A stretch of 63,843 nucleotides of DNA, counting the filler, from Dugesia japonica (taxonomy: Eukaryota): the NCBI GenBank assembly GCA_001938525.1. It is 7 parts of 7 records of this genome, joined end to end, with 100 filler letters (N's around TTAATTAATTAA, not from the genome) between each part and the next. Parts side by side here need not be neighbours in the genome. Positions count along the whole stretch, not along the records: positions 18,950 to 28,611 come from MQRL01645037.1; positions 28,712 to 37,224 come from MQRL01368096.1; positions 37,325 to 46,897 come from MQRL01587484.1; 4 more parts are not named here. One strand, given 5' to 3'. Under the pieces are notes generated by a model. The model did not search any database. It saw nothing but the letters and a program-made list of their open reading frames with translations, and was not told the origin of the DNA. The translations under genes were made by a program, and so were the position numbers. This document shows, piece by piece, positions 25,889 to 37,401 of the stretch. Each line of letters opens with the position of its first letter. Within the stretch, counting starts at the first letter, position 1.

Positions 25889-28008
25889 TTAACAGCATAT
25901 GACTGTTCACAAACTGAATTAGGAAAAGTTTATTCTTTAGTTGATGTAGCAGAATGTCCAGAAGCCCACCAATTGAAACTGAAAACTGAGGAAAATGTAC
26001 CTTATTATATCTATCAAGAGTTAGGATTTTGTCGGACAACAGTTAGAGAATGCATAGTTAAACGAACAACTTTTATCTTTTATTGTGAAAAATGGAGTCA
26101 TTCATCATTGATATAGTTTAAATCAATGCCTAGGCCAGTGGACATAACGCAAGAAAATTGCGAATCGGCTTTTTAGACTAAAGAGATTAAAATTAATGCA
26201 GAAATTAAACTATCTGCTAAAAAGAATTTTATTATCCGATAATCATTTACAGTAAAAAGGAAGCTTATGAGTAATGGAGATTGTACTGGAGAACCTTATA
26301 AAATTGGGAATAATATTGTTGATAAAGTAATGGTAGTTGAAGAGTACTCGACTGAGTTACGAGAATTTGAAGGGACTTTTAAAGATGTAACAGGAAAATT
26401 ACAAACTCATGCGTTTTGTGATATATATAGCACTAGCTGTCATACAGGAAAATCTATGCTTGTGTATAAAGTTAAAGTAAAAGAATGTAATTTAGCTTAA
26501 TTGAGACAGACAGAGTTTATTGAAATTACTGGAGAGCAATTTAAAATTAATCTAGACGTCTCTAATTTCCCCAAGGATAAGGGAAACAGCAGTAGACAAA
26601 CATTACCTGTTGAAAAAAGTAAAACACAAACTGTGCTGGTGACATTAGTAAAAGAAGAAGTTATGAGATTTATTAGAAAGGATCCAATTGTGAAATGTGG
26701 TAAAACATTGTATGAAACGAATTATAAAAGGGTGTATGTGTCAAAAACAAAAATGGAAGATGCAAAAGAGAATATACATGTTTCGGAAGTAAAGCTAACA
26801 CAATATTTTAATAATAAGATAGACTTTCTTTTTCATTTTCATACTAAAACAATATCAAACATATATAGTGAAATAATACTAAATGACTGTAAATCAAATA
26901 GAGAAATTTTACGGAATCGGATGGCAATGGTAATGAATAATCCAAATGTGGTTGCACCTTTGCTTATAGTTGAAAATTGAGTATTTGCTCGAGTAATGAG
27001 GAAAGTATTATATAGCTACAAATGTAAAGAGGTGTCAGTCAAACTAATGAAATATGATGAGTGTACTAACGGATTGCCAGTCAACGTAGGTGGAATGTTG
27101 AGATTCATGGAACCTATAACAAGAGTCTTATTAGATAAAGATACAAAACCAAAAAATTGTATTGCAATCGATTATAAGCACCTTTGTATAAATTAACTCC
27201 AGATACGTGAATATCACTGCCGGATCGAAAGCAAGTTAAAAAACCGGAAAAACTGGAAATGACAAAATTAGACTATTTACTAAATTTTACAGCATTGGGA
27301 AAATTGTCATCTTCAGGAATCTATTCAACTGAAAACATTGAGAACGCGAGACGGAATTTGCTATTCCCATCAAAAAGAGAAAGAATTATAACGGAATTTG
27401 TAGACAGGATACTACCTAGTAGAGCGGAAAGTGTAAATTACGATTATTTATTCTCTCCAGATCATTACAAAAAAACTACTTTAAATACTATGAAAAATAT
27501 ATGAGGACATTTTTTGTATTTTGGACAAGTAACGTCCAGCTTTATTGGAGGGTATTTGTTATGGAAATTCTCAAGAGTAGTGATTTCTTACGTATTATCT
27601 ACGTACAGATTATATACCATGTTTGGGCTTTCATTGAAATTAATTGTGGGATGTATACCATTCCTTGCAAAATTTTTAATAATTACTCACCAATTTAATG
27701 AAATGAGGAGGATAAAGGAGCAAGTTTCGAGTAGCAAACAAAATAAAAGGAAAAAGAAACACATAAATCGGAATAAGCATGTCAAATTCCAAGATAAAAC
27801 TGACGATAGTAGCAGTACCGAGAATGATAACACTAACAGTGCAAGTACTAGTGGTACATTGAACGTGGATAATGTTGTAAATAGCACTCAATCGTTATTT
27901 TCAGTTGAGGATTGGAACACTTATAAAATAAAACGTATTCCAGAGATGATTAAAGATCCAAATTACTATCAATCTCAGCCACCATGTTATCCAATGGGGT
28001 CATTATAA
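25889..28008 (+). pseudogene. env: Chuvirus/Jingchuvirales-like envelope fusion glycoprotein
   Basis: AYDC…SLVDVAEC…VREC…YC.KWSHSS, GDCTG, KCG…ETNY, YFNNKIDF, YKCKEVSV…CTNGLPV…FMEPITRVL, SGIYS…RRNLLFP, then hydrophobic segments FGQVTSSFIGGYLLW…MFGLSLKLIVG; several stops and one frameshift near 27155. Confidence 0.8.
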
Positions 28009-28107
28009 GAAATGAAATTTATTGAAATTAATGAGTTTGGTAATGATAAAAAGAAAATAGATATTGAAACAGAAAGATGAAATATTTTGGGATTACCGAC
28101 TAATTAT

Positions 28108-28290
28108 GTGTTGATGAAAATCGCAAATTTCGGCAGACAACCAAAAATCACAGTGCAATTAAATGGAATTTCTATAAAAGCAATACTAGATTCAGGTTGT
28201 AGTGTAACTATTATTTCAGAGGAAATTCTAGATCCAGGAGATCTAGTTAATATGACAACTACAGAAGAAATAATTCGATCAATGTCAAAA
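28108..28290 (+). pseudogene. Retropepsin-type aspartic protease, N-terminal part
   Basis: PKITVQLNGISIKAILDSGCSVTIISE (DSG at 28189-28197), same frame as the Env C-terminus; homology is lost after ~28290. Confidence 0.85.
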
Positions 28291-28611
28291 ATGCTAAAGA
28301 TTTGGTTGTTGTTGGACAAAAACTTGGTCTTTATATTGTCTAAAAGACTTATGAGGTTGGATGCATGGTTTGTCTTAGAAGTGTGGTAGCGCCAAGAAAC
28401 AGTGGTATGAGTTATCGTGTGGTGTTTTTTGGGGGTTGTAGGTTTGTATGTGGTTGGGTTAGGGTTATAGGTATGTGATTTTCATTGTATGTGTGAGTAG
28501 ATGGATAGTGGCAGTCCTCACCACGCACACATTTAGTACCCCCCCCCGCCGTGACGTAACGTAATGAAATTTAATCCTAATGTATTTAGTTGGGAATTTA
28601 AAAATTGCATC

Positions 28612-28711
28612 NNNNNNNNNNNNNNNNNNNNNNNNNNNNNNNNNNNNNNNNNNNNTTAATTAATTAANNNNNNNNNNNNNNNNNNNNNNNNNNNNNNNNN
28701 NNNNNNNNNNN
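28612..28711. other. Artificial contig spacer
   Basis: N44-TTAATTAATTAA-N44. Confidence 0.97.
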
Positions 28712-29573
28712 CCGTGTGCCACTATCTACATACTGTTTATATATTAATTTTATTGATTTTCCTTTCTGTTGAATTCTCATCATTTTTATTTTTTGAATAA
28801 GTTTTTACTTAGTGTTGTTTTTTGTCCAAACAGATTACTCCCAGGGTATTTCAGATTCGGTCCTTGAATCAATATTTCATTTTTCATTGGTTTTGGCTTT
28901 TTCTTGGTTTGGATTGCATTCAATTCACCGTAGATATCCAACAAATAAAAATTATAAAAATCTTAAAAATTTTACATTCACATTTGGTGATAATAATAAT
29001 ATAGAAGAAGAAATACTACCATATTATTATCATAAGTTTTGAATAAGTTGAGAATAAGCATGGTTAGAAAGAAAATAAATAAATACATACATATGTTATC
29101 ATAATGTCAACTAGTCTGACAATGAAAGTTCTAGAAAAATATTTCTGCATAATATTGCTGGATTGCATCCTGGTTGATTAGTGGATTGTCTTGATTGAGC
29201 AACTTTTAATTTGAGTAGGTCTGATAAATGGAGTCAAGGAATCGTATTTCCGCGTCTTTTAATTCCTGCTTTTTCTCGTAATTGGTGTTTGATTTAACTT
29301 CTTTATTTTCTTTTTCTCCCTCCATTGTTCAATCGACTTGTTAAAACCGTGTTTTCGTTGAGGTTTTGGTTGGATATTTACATCTAATCCCTAGCTTGCT
29401 GAACTGCATATTTAGCTCGGTTTGCAGCTAATCAATATCATCTTTTGCATTATCTAACTTGGCTTAAAAAAAATTTAAAATACATTTAATAATTTATTTT
29501 TAGTAAATTTTAAAAAAATAAATGATTGATAAATTTGATAATCTATTATCAAGAATAAATTTTGAAATTTATG

Positions 29574-30835
29574 TCAAACAAAATCATTGAATAATAAGTA
29601 TTTCTCAAAGAATTGATCTTCCATTAATTGATCAATTGTTGCTCTCTTTTTTGGTTCTTTTTTCACACAACTATCGATAAAATTGAATAAATATTCTGGT
29701 TGGTTTATTCTAGTTTTATCATATTCAATTGTCTGTGATTCCTTGATCTTTTGAACTATTTCAGATTCTTTTAATCGAGGAAATAATTGACCGTCTTTAA
29801 TTAAATAATAAAATAAATAATAATCAATATAATAATCACGTGTGATAATTTCTATCATAATAACACCAAGTGACCACACATCAACACTCGCATCATAAGG
29901 TTTACTTTCCAATATTTCTGGTGCAACATATGTCAAGATACCATCTCTATGTTTACATTTATCAACGTCTTCATCATCAAGATGATTCAAATATTCAGTC
30001 ATATTGAAACTTAATAATTTGACATCACGATTGCCATCAATCCAAATATCGATTGCTAATATAATCATTATACTTCATTTACATAATTAATAATATTACG
30101 ATTCAAGTCTTTCATAATTATATTATGATTGTGCAAATGTTTCAGCCCTGCTAGGATCTGATATGCCCATTTAGATATTTCATATGTTGATGTTTCATAG
30201 TTTACAAGAAAGGTTTTCATTGGTTTCTTCATTAAAAAATAGTTATTAATAAATATCATAATTTATACGAACAAATGCAACCTTTGTCGCATTCTCCATT
30301 TCTATATAGACACGGTTTTTACCAATATAAATATCAAACAGTTTCATAAATCTTGAATGAGATTTGGTTATTTTAAACATTTGTAAATCGTCTATCAAAA
30401 TCCTTGATAAATCGTTATTATGTGCATTTTCCATGTATTTCATGTCGTATCCTTTCAACAAGGCTGGCCTAATTTTGTTTGTCCGAGTAAACAGATTAAT
30501 AGGATCAAAATCACTCAGTATTTGAATATCTTTATCTTCATCTAAACTATATTTTATAATTAATTTTTAATTTATAATAAATATTAATTAATTAAATGAT
30601 TAATAAATACACACCTTTTGAAATAACAAAATTCCACCAATGATTTACTATCAATATTATATTCATAAATGAATTTATCATTTTGCAGTACTGTTTTATT
30701 TAAAAATATAACAAAATCATTGGTTGCCATTTTGTGTTGTATTTTCTGAATAGATTTGTTGATAATGTTTGATACTTTTTCGGATTTTGAGAATTCAATT
30801 GATATTGTTTCTTTATCAGTGAAAATTGATTTCAT
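29574..30835 (-). CDS. Ubiquitin-like domain + Ser/Thr pseudokinase, multi-exon; 5' end uncertain
   Basis: Introns 30542-30612 (donor uncertain), 30227-30281, 30056-30099 and 29795-29839 restore one frame: ALLK…EMENAT…YQILAGLKHLHNHNIIMKDLNPIDIWID…VKLLSFN…GILTYVAPEIL…DVWSLGV…PKKRAT. First exon TISIEF…VLQNDKFIYEYNIDSKSLVEF is Ubl-like. Confidence 0.75.
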
Positions 30836-32199
30836 TGTAATATTTTGTATTTCTCTATTTTATAAAAAATATGATAAGTTTTATTGCTCTTTTTAATCAT
30901 TTAACATTTGCAAACTACAATCAATACAAAATATCAAAAGTAATCTTATACAAGTCTAAGTTAAATTTGTTATGAAAAATAAATTGTTTCAAATATCATT
31001 TACACTATTATATATAAAATAAATCCAAAGTTTCTGAATTTCATATTAAAATTAAAACCGACGGTTAAATAACTTTGGAAAACTTCAAATAATATTTTAC
31101 TGAGATGTTTTATACATAAAGGTGTTCTAGACTTTGAACCTGTTTTAGAAATTCGTTGATTTGACCTTTGGATCAGGCTTGAACCTTTATATCCGAAATA
31201 ATTCACGCGAGAATTCAAACTTTCTTAGGCAAGTCGGTATTATTAGCAAGAAAAACGCTATCTTCATCAAAAATATATTTTAAACAAATAAAAACTTATT
31301 AGAAAAGTTTTAATATTCAAACAAATATGCTCTATAATTATTTTAATTATTTTCTTGAAATATTTTTAATTTCAAGGATTTTATAAATATTTTTATTGGG
31401 CATATTAATTTGAAATTAAACAATTTAAATACCATTCTCACAGGTATTATACATGTATTGCCATGATATTGTTAGACACGACGGATCTCATGGTTAATCT
31501 TTGAGTCAGTCAAGCGTTACGGTGAAAAGTTATTAAAGATCAAATAATGAAAAGTTGCGCCACCCAAAATATTGATCAGATTAAGTCTGTCTTGGTAACA
31601 TTTTATTGTAAATTAAAAAGTACTTATACATTGTCTAAAGTACATTGACCATAAAATGCTTCGTACCCACATAAACGTTGTTCAAGTTCAAAAAAAGACT
31701 ATTTAAAATTGAATTTAAAACGAGTAGATACATGCTATGGAAACTGTCATGATAACGATGGATGTGTAATGACGCACGGATCTCATGGACAGACTTCAGT
31801 TCTTAGGGATCAAAAAATAAAAACTTTCCCGGCATAAAATTTCATTGGATCAAGTCGAACGCCGATGAAGTGTTTTAGAAAATTGGTTTTCAAATTTAGA
31901 TACAAATGTTTTCCTAACGGCTATATTGATAAAATAAAGATTTTGACCCTATGGTGGGCGATTCCAATTTTTTCTATATACTGCTTAAAGAACTTGTTAG
32001 ATGAATCTGTAACAGTCATTTGAATTCAATACTATGGAATTGTCAATTAGAAACTCCTATAGATTGTCTAAAGGATTGATTTTGAAATATTTTGATGATT
32101 ACGATTAAATTACATAAGAAAAAACAAAGGACTTTTAAAATGAATTGTAAATAGATAAAATTTATTTTATAAAGATTATGAAAAATTTTAAAATGCATT

Positions 32200-33080
32200 T
32201 ATGTTTCATATGCAATATTTAGTAATAAAAAATCGAACTTGAACCAAGATACTTGAATATAGTGATATAATCTTTCTTGCTGAAATCAGATGGTTAAGCC
32301 GCCGAAATTGTTTAAAATGATTTTTTGAACTTCAAGACGAAATTAATACATTTATGTGTACTTGAAGGTAAAAATGTCGTTAAGTTCACAGATAAACAAT
32401 GGGCACTTGATCTTGTTTATGTTGTCAATATATGTGATCATTTGGACTTTTTAACTATGAAACTTTAAAAAGAAACTATATTAATAATTTCAGTATTTTC
32501 ACTGATAAAGACATTCAAAGAAAAATTGAGACTATGAAGAACATAGTTCAAAAAAGCAGACATTTTTCATTGCCGGTGTTTTAAAAGCATTGCACTTGAT
32601 ATTAATAATTCAAAAATCATTTTTAAGTACTTCGACAAATTCTATTATTAAAAGATGAGTTTTACATTCAATCTTTGGAAATTAATAAGTATGATAAGTT
32701 TTTAAAATTGATTACCTGCCATTTGACATTGAAGTAAATTCTGCACCAGAAAAATATCAACTAGAACTGATAGACTTACAATGCAACACTGAACTTAGAA
32801 ATCATTTTTTTGCTACTGAAAATATAACATACTTTTATAAGAAATTTCAAAAAATAGATGCATAGAAAAATTGAAGAGAGCATGGTTTGAAAGTTTTCAG
32901 AATTTTACTAGTAAATATCAATCCGAAGCATTCTTTTTATAGTTAACTTTTGTTAAAAATAAAATGAGAGCAAATTCAACCCATCAACCGTTAGAAAAAA
33001 AAATTAAGAGTTGTTGTATACAATATTAAAACTGATTTAGAATATCTCAATCACGAAATTAAACAACACAAATCTAAATA
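32200..33080 (+). pseudogene. hAT (Charlie-like) transposase C-terminal remnant
   Basis: AEIRWLSRRNCL (EVRWLSRG motif), YQLELIDLQCNTEL; many stops. Confidence 0.7.
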
Positions 33081-33149
33081 AATTTTCAAGTGTTATTCAA
33101 TGTTTTTAGTTATATGTATTTTTATTATTAAATAAAAATTCACATCTTA

Positions 33150-33670
33150 TATTTAAAGATTGGTTCTTGAAAAAAATAAATTGGGCTTATTGTGTATATT
33201 ATATGACCTTATACGGATAAATAGATTGTATAAAATGACTCTATTGGGTATATTGTGTGTATGTATAATAACCATTGGTTTCATATATGTATAAGGCTCA
33301 ATTGGGTTTATAGTCTGTATAATATCCACTAGTTTCATGTGTGTAGAATACATACAATCTTTTGACGTACATGTAATCCCTTAAAGAAAACATATAATTA
33401 CCATTTATTTACCTTATCAAACCCTGTAATAACTCTATAATTACCTTTAAACCTAATAAACCCTATAATAAACATATCAATTCCTTAAAGAAAATATATA
33501 ATAACCATATATTTACCATATAAAATTATAGAACTATAGAATAACTCTATAATTACCTTATAAACGCTATAATAATCCAATAGTTACCCTATAAAACCAT
33601 ATCCTACAAAAAGAAACTATAGTAAATACCCTATAAAATCGTATAATTACCTTATAAACCTAATAAAACA
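33150..33670. repeat. Degenerate short tandem repeats downstream of the gag remnant
   Basis: Repeated CCTTAAAGAAAA.ATATA, AATTACC and CCCTATAAAA units. Confidence 0.45.
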
Positions 33671-33849
33671 ATTTCACAAATTTATATGTGAATTGTACAT
33701 ATTAAGTGTAATAATAGGTATGGAAATATATTTAATGCACTTTACGCATAACGCTTATGGAATTATTTGCGGATCTCAGTCTCCTGAGGATGATCAAACA
33801 GTATTTCATGTAATAAATGGCTTCTTGTTTTGATGAAGCCTTGCATTTT

Positions 33850-34816
33850 GAGTATTTACTTCTCGGATATAAATTTTTTTCTATGTTCCCAAAAATTATT
33901 TCATCACTTTCATCATTTTCCTCTTCATAAATGGCATGGACTTGTTTGATACGACTCCTATCTTTTGTTTTATGTCCGCTTTTAAAATTGTGTCTTTCTT
34001 TTAATCTTGGCTTGTTCATGTTCAAATAACATTTTTCAGCTCAGTGACTTGGGCTTTTACATTTATTGCATATAATTTCTGTGCACATCCTTCTGATGTG
34101 ACCAATCTTACCACACCCAAAACATTTTAGAGGCTCCTTGTCTGGACAGTTTCTACTTAAATGCCCTTTCATGTGGCAAGTCCAGCATTCTACTTGAGAA
34201 TTTTTCGGACACTCTTTTTGTCTGCTCATAACTCTGGCATGCACAACACTTAGGTTCTGTTTTTTCCTGTTCTTCTTTTGTTGATGGTATCTTCTCTACA
34301 TGCAACTACCACGTTACACTTTACTTCATTAATAGGTTCTCTTCTTTCTATTTTTGAGTTTCATTTTATATATTTTACTTTATCCAATTTTCACATGATT
34401 ATCTTTTTTTCTGCTTTTAATTATTAAAATTTTTGAAAAGATCTTTTCTCTTGTCAGATTTAAAAATTACTAAATATTTATCGACTAAATCTTCCACTAT
34501 TTTAAAAACACCACAAGTCCTTCATTAGCATGTCAATAGTTTACAAGATTGTGGAAATATTTTATTACGTCACTATTGCTCTCGAAAGCTAATTGCAATC
34601 TTCCTTGATATCTAGCAACTTTTTAAAATATTTTTGCATATGCCTCTATTAGTTCTTTATCAAGCATACATGTTGTTAAGCTCTCCGGATCTTTTTTATT
34701 AACGATGCCCTTTGTCTCGAAGTATATTTCACACCGTTTCTAGATCATCGCCTCTGCAAAATATCTTTGACAACACTCTCTCTATGATGGAATCGGAGTT
34801 TACCACTTTCACCATG
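33850..34816 (-). pseudogene. gag: Ty3/gypsy gag remnant with three zinc knuckles
   Basis: CWTCHMKGHLSRNC, CFGCGKIGHIRRMC, CNKCKSPSH*; upstream region decayed. Confidence 0.75.
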
Positions 34817-35957
34817 TTAGATGAGTTTGAAGTGCTCATCGCAGAACTGGGCTCACAACATGATTAAAAAATAATTTATTCACAAAGGATTTTAAGAAAA
34901 TCGGATAACACAGAAAAGAATATAAATACCCCAGAAAAGGTTTAACATCAGCACCGACAAAAATCATCTACGTCAAAAATTCCTGTGGATAATCAGAAAA
35001 CAATCTATGGAGAAAACACAGATAAAATTCACGATAGTTTTTTATAATTTGAAATTAAAATTAATTTTATTCTCAATTTGCCACTCATCAATTTAATCAA
35101 CAGTTGATTCTACCTAGTAAGGTTAATTTTAAAAAATATATTATTCTCGAAACAACCACGTTGGCATACCCATTCTCATTAAAAGTTAAAGTGTCAGAAA
35201 AATTATATTAAAAATAATATCTATGTGAGTATGTTTTAAGCGAGTTGAAATTTTTGTGTGGTTGGTGATCATTTTTCTTGAAATCTTTTTTGAAAAAGAT
35301 TTAAATTTTTAATGAAAAATTAAATGACGAATAAGAAAAAATTTTGAAATTAAAAAAAAATTAAAATTAATGAAAAGTTTTAAAAATAGGAATAAAAAAT
35401 CAAATGACTTAAAAAAAATTTTAATAAATAAATTGAAAATCTATTTTAAAATCTGATTAAAAAATCAAATGACTTAAAAAAAATTTTAAAAAAATCTTAA
35501 GAAACGATAACCAATTTAAAACAGGAATTTAATTTGTTTAAAAAATACAATTAGTGTTTTTTAATGAATTCGAGTTCTGATATTAATGATCAGATGAGTG
35601 TTTAAACCCCTGATCAGTGATATTCTATCAAAATATTATCAAAATATCTACATTGACTCTTAATGAACTATTTAAAATAATCAATAAATGTATGAAAATT
35701 GAAGATGCAACATTTCTTAAATCAAAGGAAGATAATGTTTCAGAAATTAAATCAATGCTTACAGTTGAAATTATAGGATAAAATGAATTGAAAGACATGG
35801 TTAAACCAATTTGTAAGATATAATCAATTCAAAAGATTGAATAAAACTTCATTGAATAAATATTAGTATAATTAAACAGTTTGTCTTAATTATTTGTAAC
35901 TTTGCTATAAATTAAAGGATGTATAAAACAGTAAAGTTTATTTAATTCAATCCCATA

Positions 35958-36670
35958 TCATTTGATGTTCCAGTGACATTTGACAACTGAAATTATAATA
36001 TTAAAATAAATTATTAAGCAAACAAAATTATGAAAAGTATTTGAATTTCTTTCCAGTTTGCATTCATGTTGTTGTCTTAATGCAATTGCCATAGCTTTTA
36101 GTTTTATATGCATTTGTACTTGATTTATTATTTCTGAACTTGAATAACTTAAATATTTTTTGAAATCTTCAGTTGGCGCTTCTTTTTCATTCTCATAAAA
36201 ATCATTTGCAAATGTTGACATATAACGTTTATGAAATTATTTATTAGGAATGTCATATTGCCAACGATTCTTGATTAAAGTTTAGTTTATTCATTTTTTC
36301 TAATTTTCTGAGAATTACAAGACTATCAGGAAACTGTATCTGAATAAGACCTTGTATACCGGATTGTAATGTTTCTTCTAATTTATTTCGATAAAGTATA
36401 ATTTTATTGTTTGATTTTTCTTTAATAACAATAATAAATGGCTCGAGGTTGAATGAATTAGCTAAATATCAGCCACATCAACTTTAAATTTGAGATAATC
36501 TTCATAATTCAATGATAAACATTTTTTGTCTCTGAAATAATTTTTTGAAAAATAATTTCTTCCGTGCTATTTCACGAAAGTTATCATGAATTAATCATCG
36601 TATTCAATAATAACATCTTGATTACACAGCTCTAGTTCGTTTAGCATTTTTGTCTGACAAGATTTAATCG
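35958..36670 (-). pseudogene. Decayed ORF with a possible PC4-like ssDNA-binding segment (candidate Maverick accessory gene)
   Basis: FMITFVK*HGRNYF…KKCLSLNYEDYLKFKVDVADI resembles PC4 [20 protein letters not shown]; in-frame stops. Confidence 0.3.
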
Positions 36671-36809
36671 TTTTTAAAACGTTAACAATTACTTAATTTA
36701 AACAATTATATTTAAATTTTTAATTAAATTATTTAATTCCATTATTATTTCATTTACTATAGATTAATAATGATTGATAAATTCCAATCAAAATAAATTA
36801 TGGTTTGTC

Positions 36810-37030
36810 ATAGAACTCGTAATTTAAATGTTCAATATTTAGTTATATTTAATAATTCAAGAGATCAAACTGTTGTTGATTTTTTATCAAGGCATGTATA
36901 TTTTAATAAACAACAATTCCTATTGGATTNNNNNNNNNNNNNNNNNNNNNNNNNNNNNNNNNNNNNNNNNNNNNNNNNNNNNNNGTCTTGAACTGATATT
37001 TTTAATCCAAATGTACATTCTATAAACAAT
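36810..37030 (+). pseudogene. Maverick/Polinton packaging ATPase C-terminal fragment
   Basis: RTRNLNVQYLVIFNNSRDQTVVDFLSRHVY…FLLD matches RTISLNxQYxVLFKNPRD…LARQxYP; after the gap *TDIFNP matches the RTNIFP ending. Confidence 0.65.
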
Positions 37031-37224
37031 AACAAGTAAGTTTATTATTACTAAAAATGTCTAAACTTTTAGTTTTAGTATATTATAAGGATATTATTGT
37101 TCCAAACGATTTTTCTATATTTGGCCAAATTTTCTTACATTTTTTTTATATTTATTTATTTATTAAGTTTCAAATAATATTAATAACTCATGGTTTATTT
37201 TATTGAATAAAGGATTGAGTCTAT

Positions 37225-37324
37225 NNNNNNNNNNNNNNNNNNNNNNNNNNNNNNNNNNNNNNNNNNNNTTAATTAATTAANNNNNNNNNNNNNNNNNNNN
37301 NNNNNNNNNNNNNNNNNNNNNNNN
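37225..37324. other. Artificial contig spacer
   Basis: N44-TTAATTAATTAA-N44. Confidence 0.97.
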
Positions 37325-37357
37325 AATTATAATAATAATAAAAATAATAATAATAAC

Positions 37358-37401
<44 letters not shown>

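Larger units (their letters stand above)
23232..28290 (+). mobile_element. Decayed Ty3/gypsy-type LTR retroelement polyprotein: Gag-CCHC-Ubl-Bcl2-like-Env(chuvirus-like)-protease, truncated at both ends
   Basis: Collinear same-strand ORF pieces separated by point stops, a few frameshifts and one N gap; see sub-features. Confidence 0.85.

Noticed and set aside
23232-28290. APOBEC-like G-to-A hypermutation of the retroelement
   Set aside because: TGG>TAG/TGA changes occur, but apparent C>T and other stops occur too; without a consensus it cannot be told from general GC-to-AT decay.
28496-28734. Facing AGTA-N4-GATAGT termini either side of a gap as the two ends of one element
   Set aside because: They are separated by an artificial spacer, and the flanks (TGTGTG vs GTTTAT) give no TSD.
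30056-30281. Kinase pseudogene with frameshifts
   Set aside because: GT-AG introns of 44 and 55 nt restore the frame and the catalytic-loop spacing.
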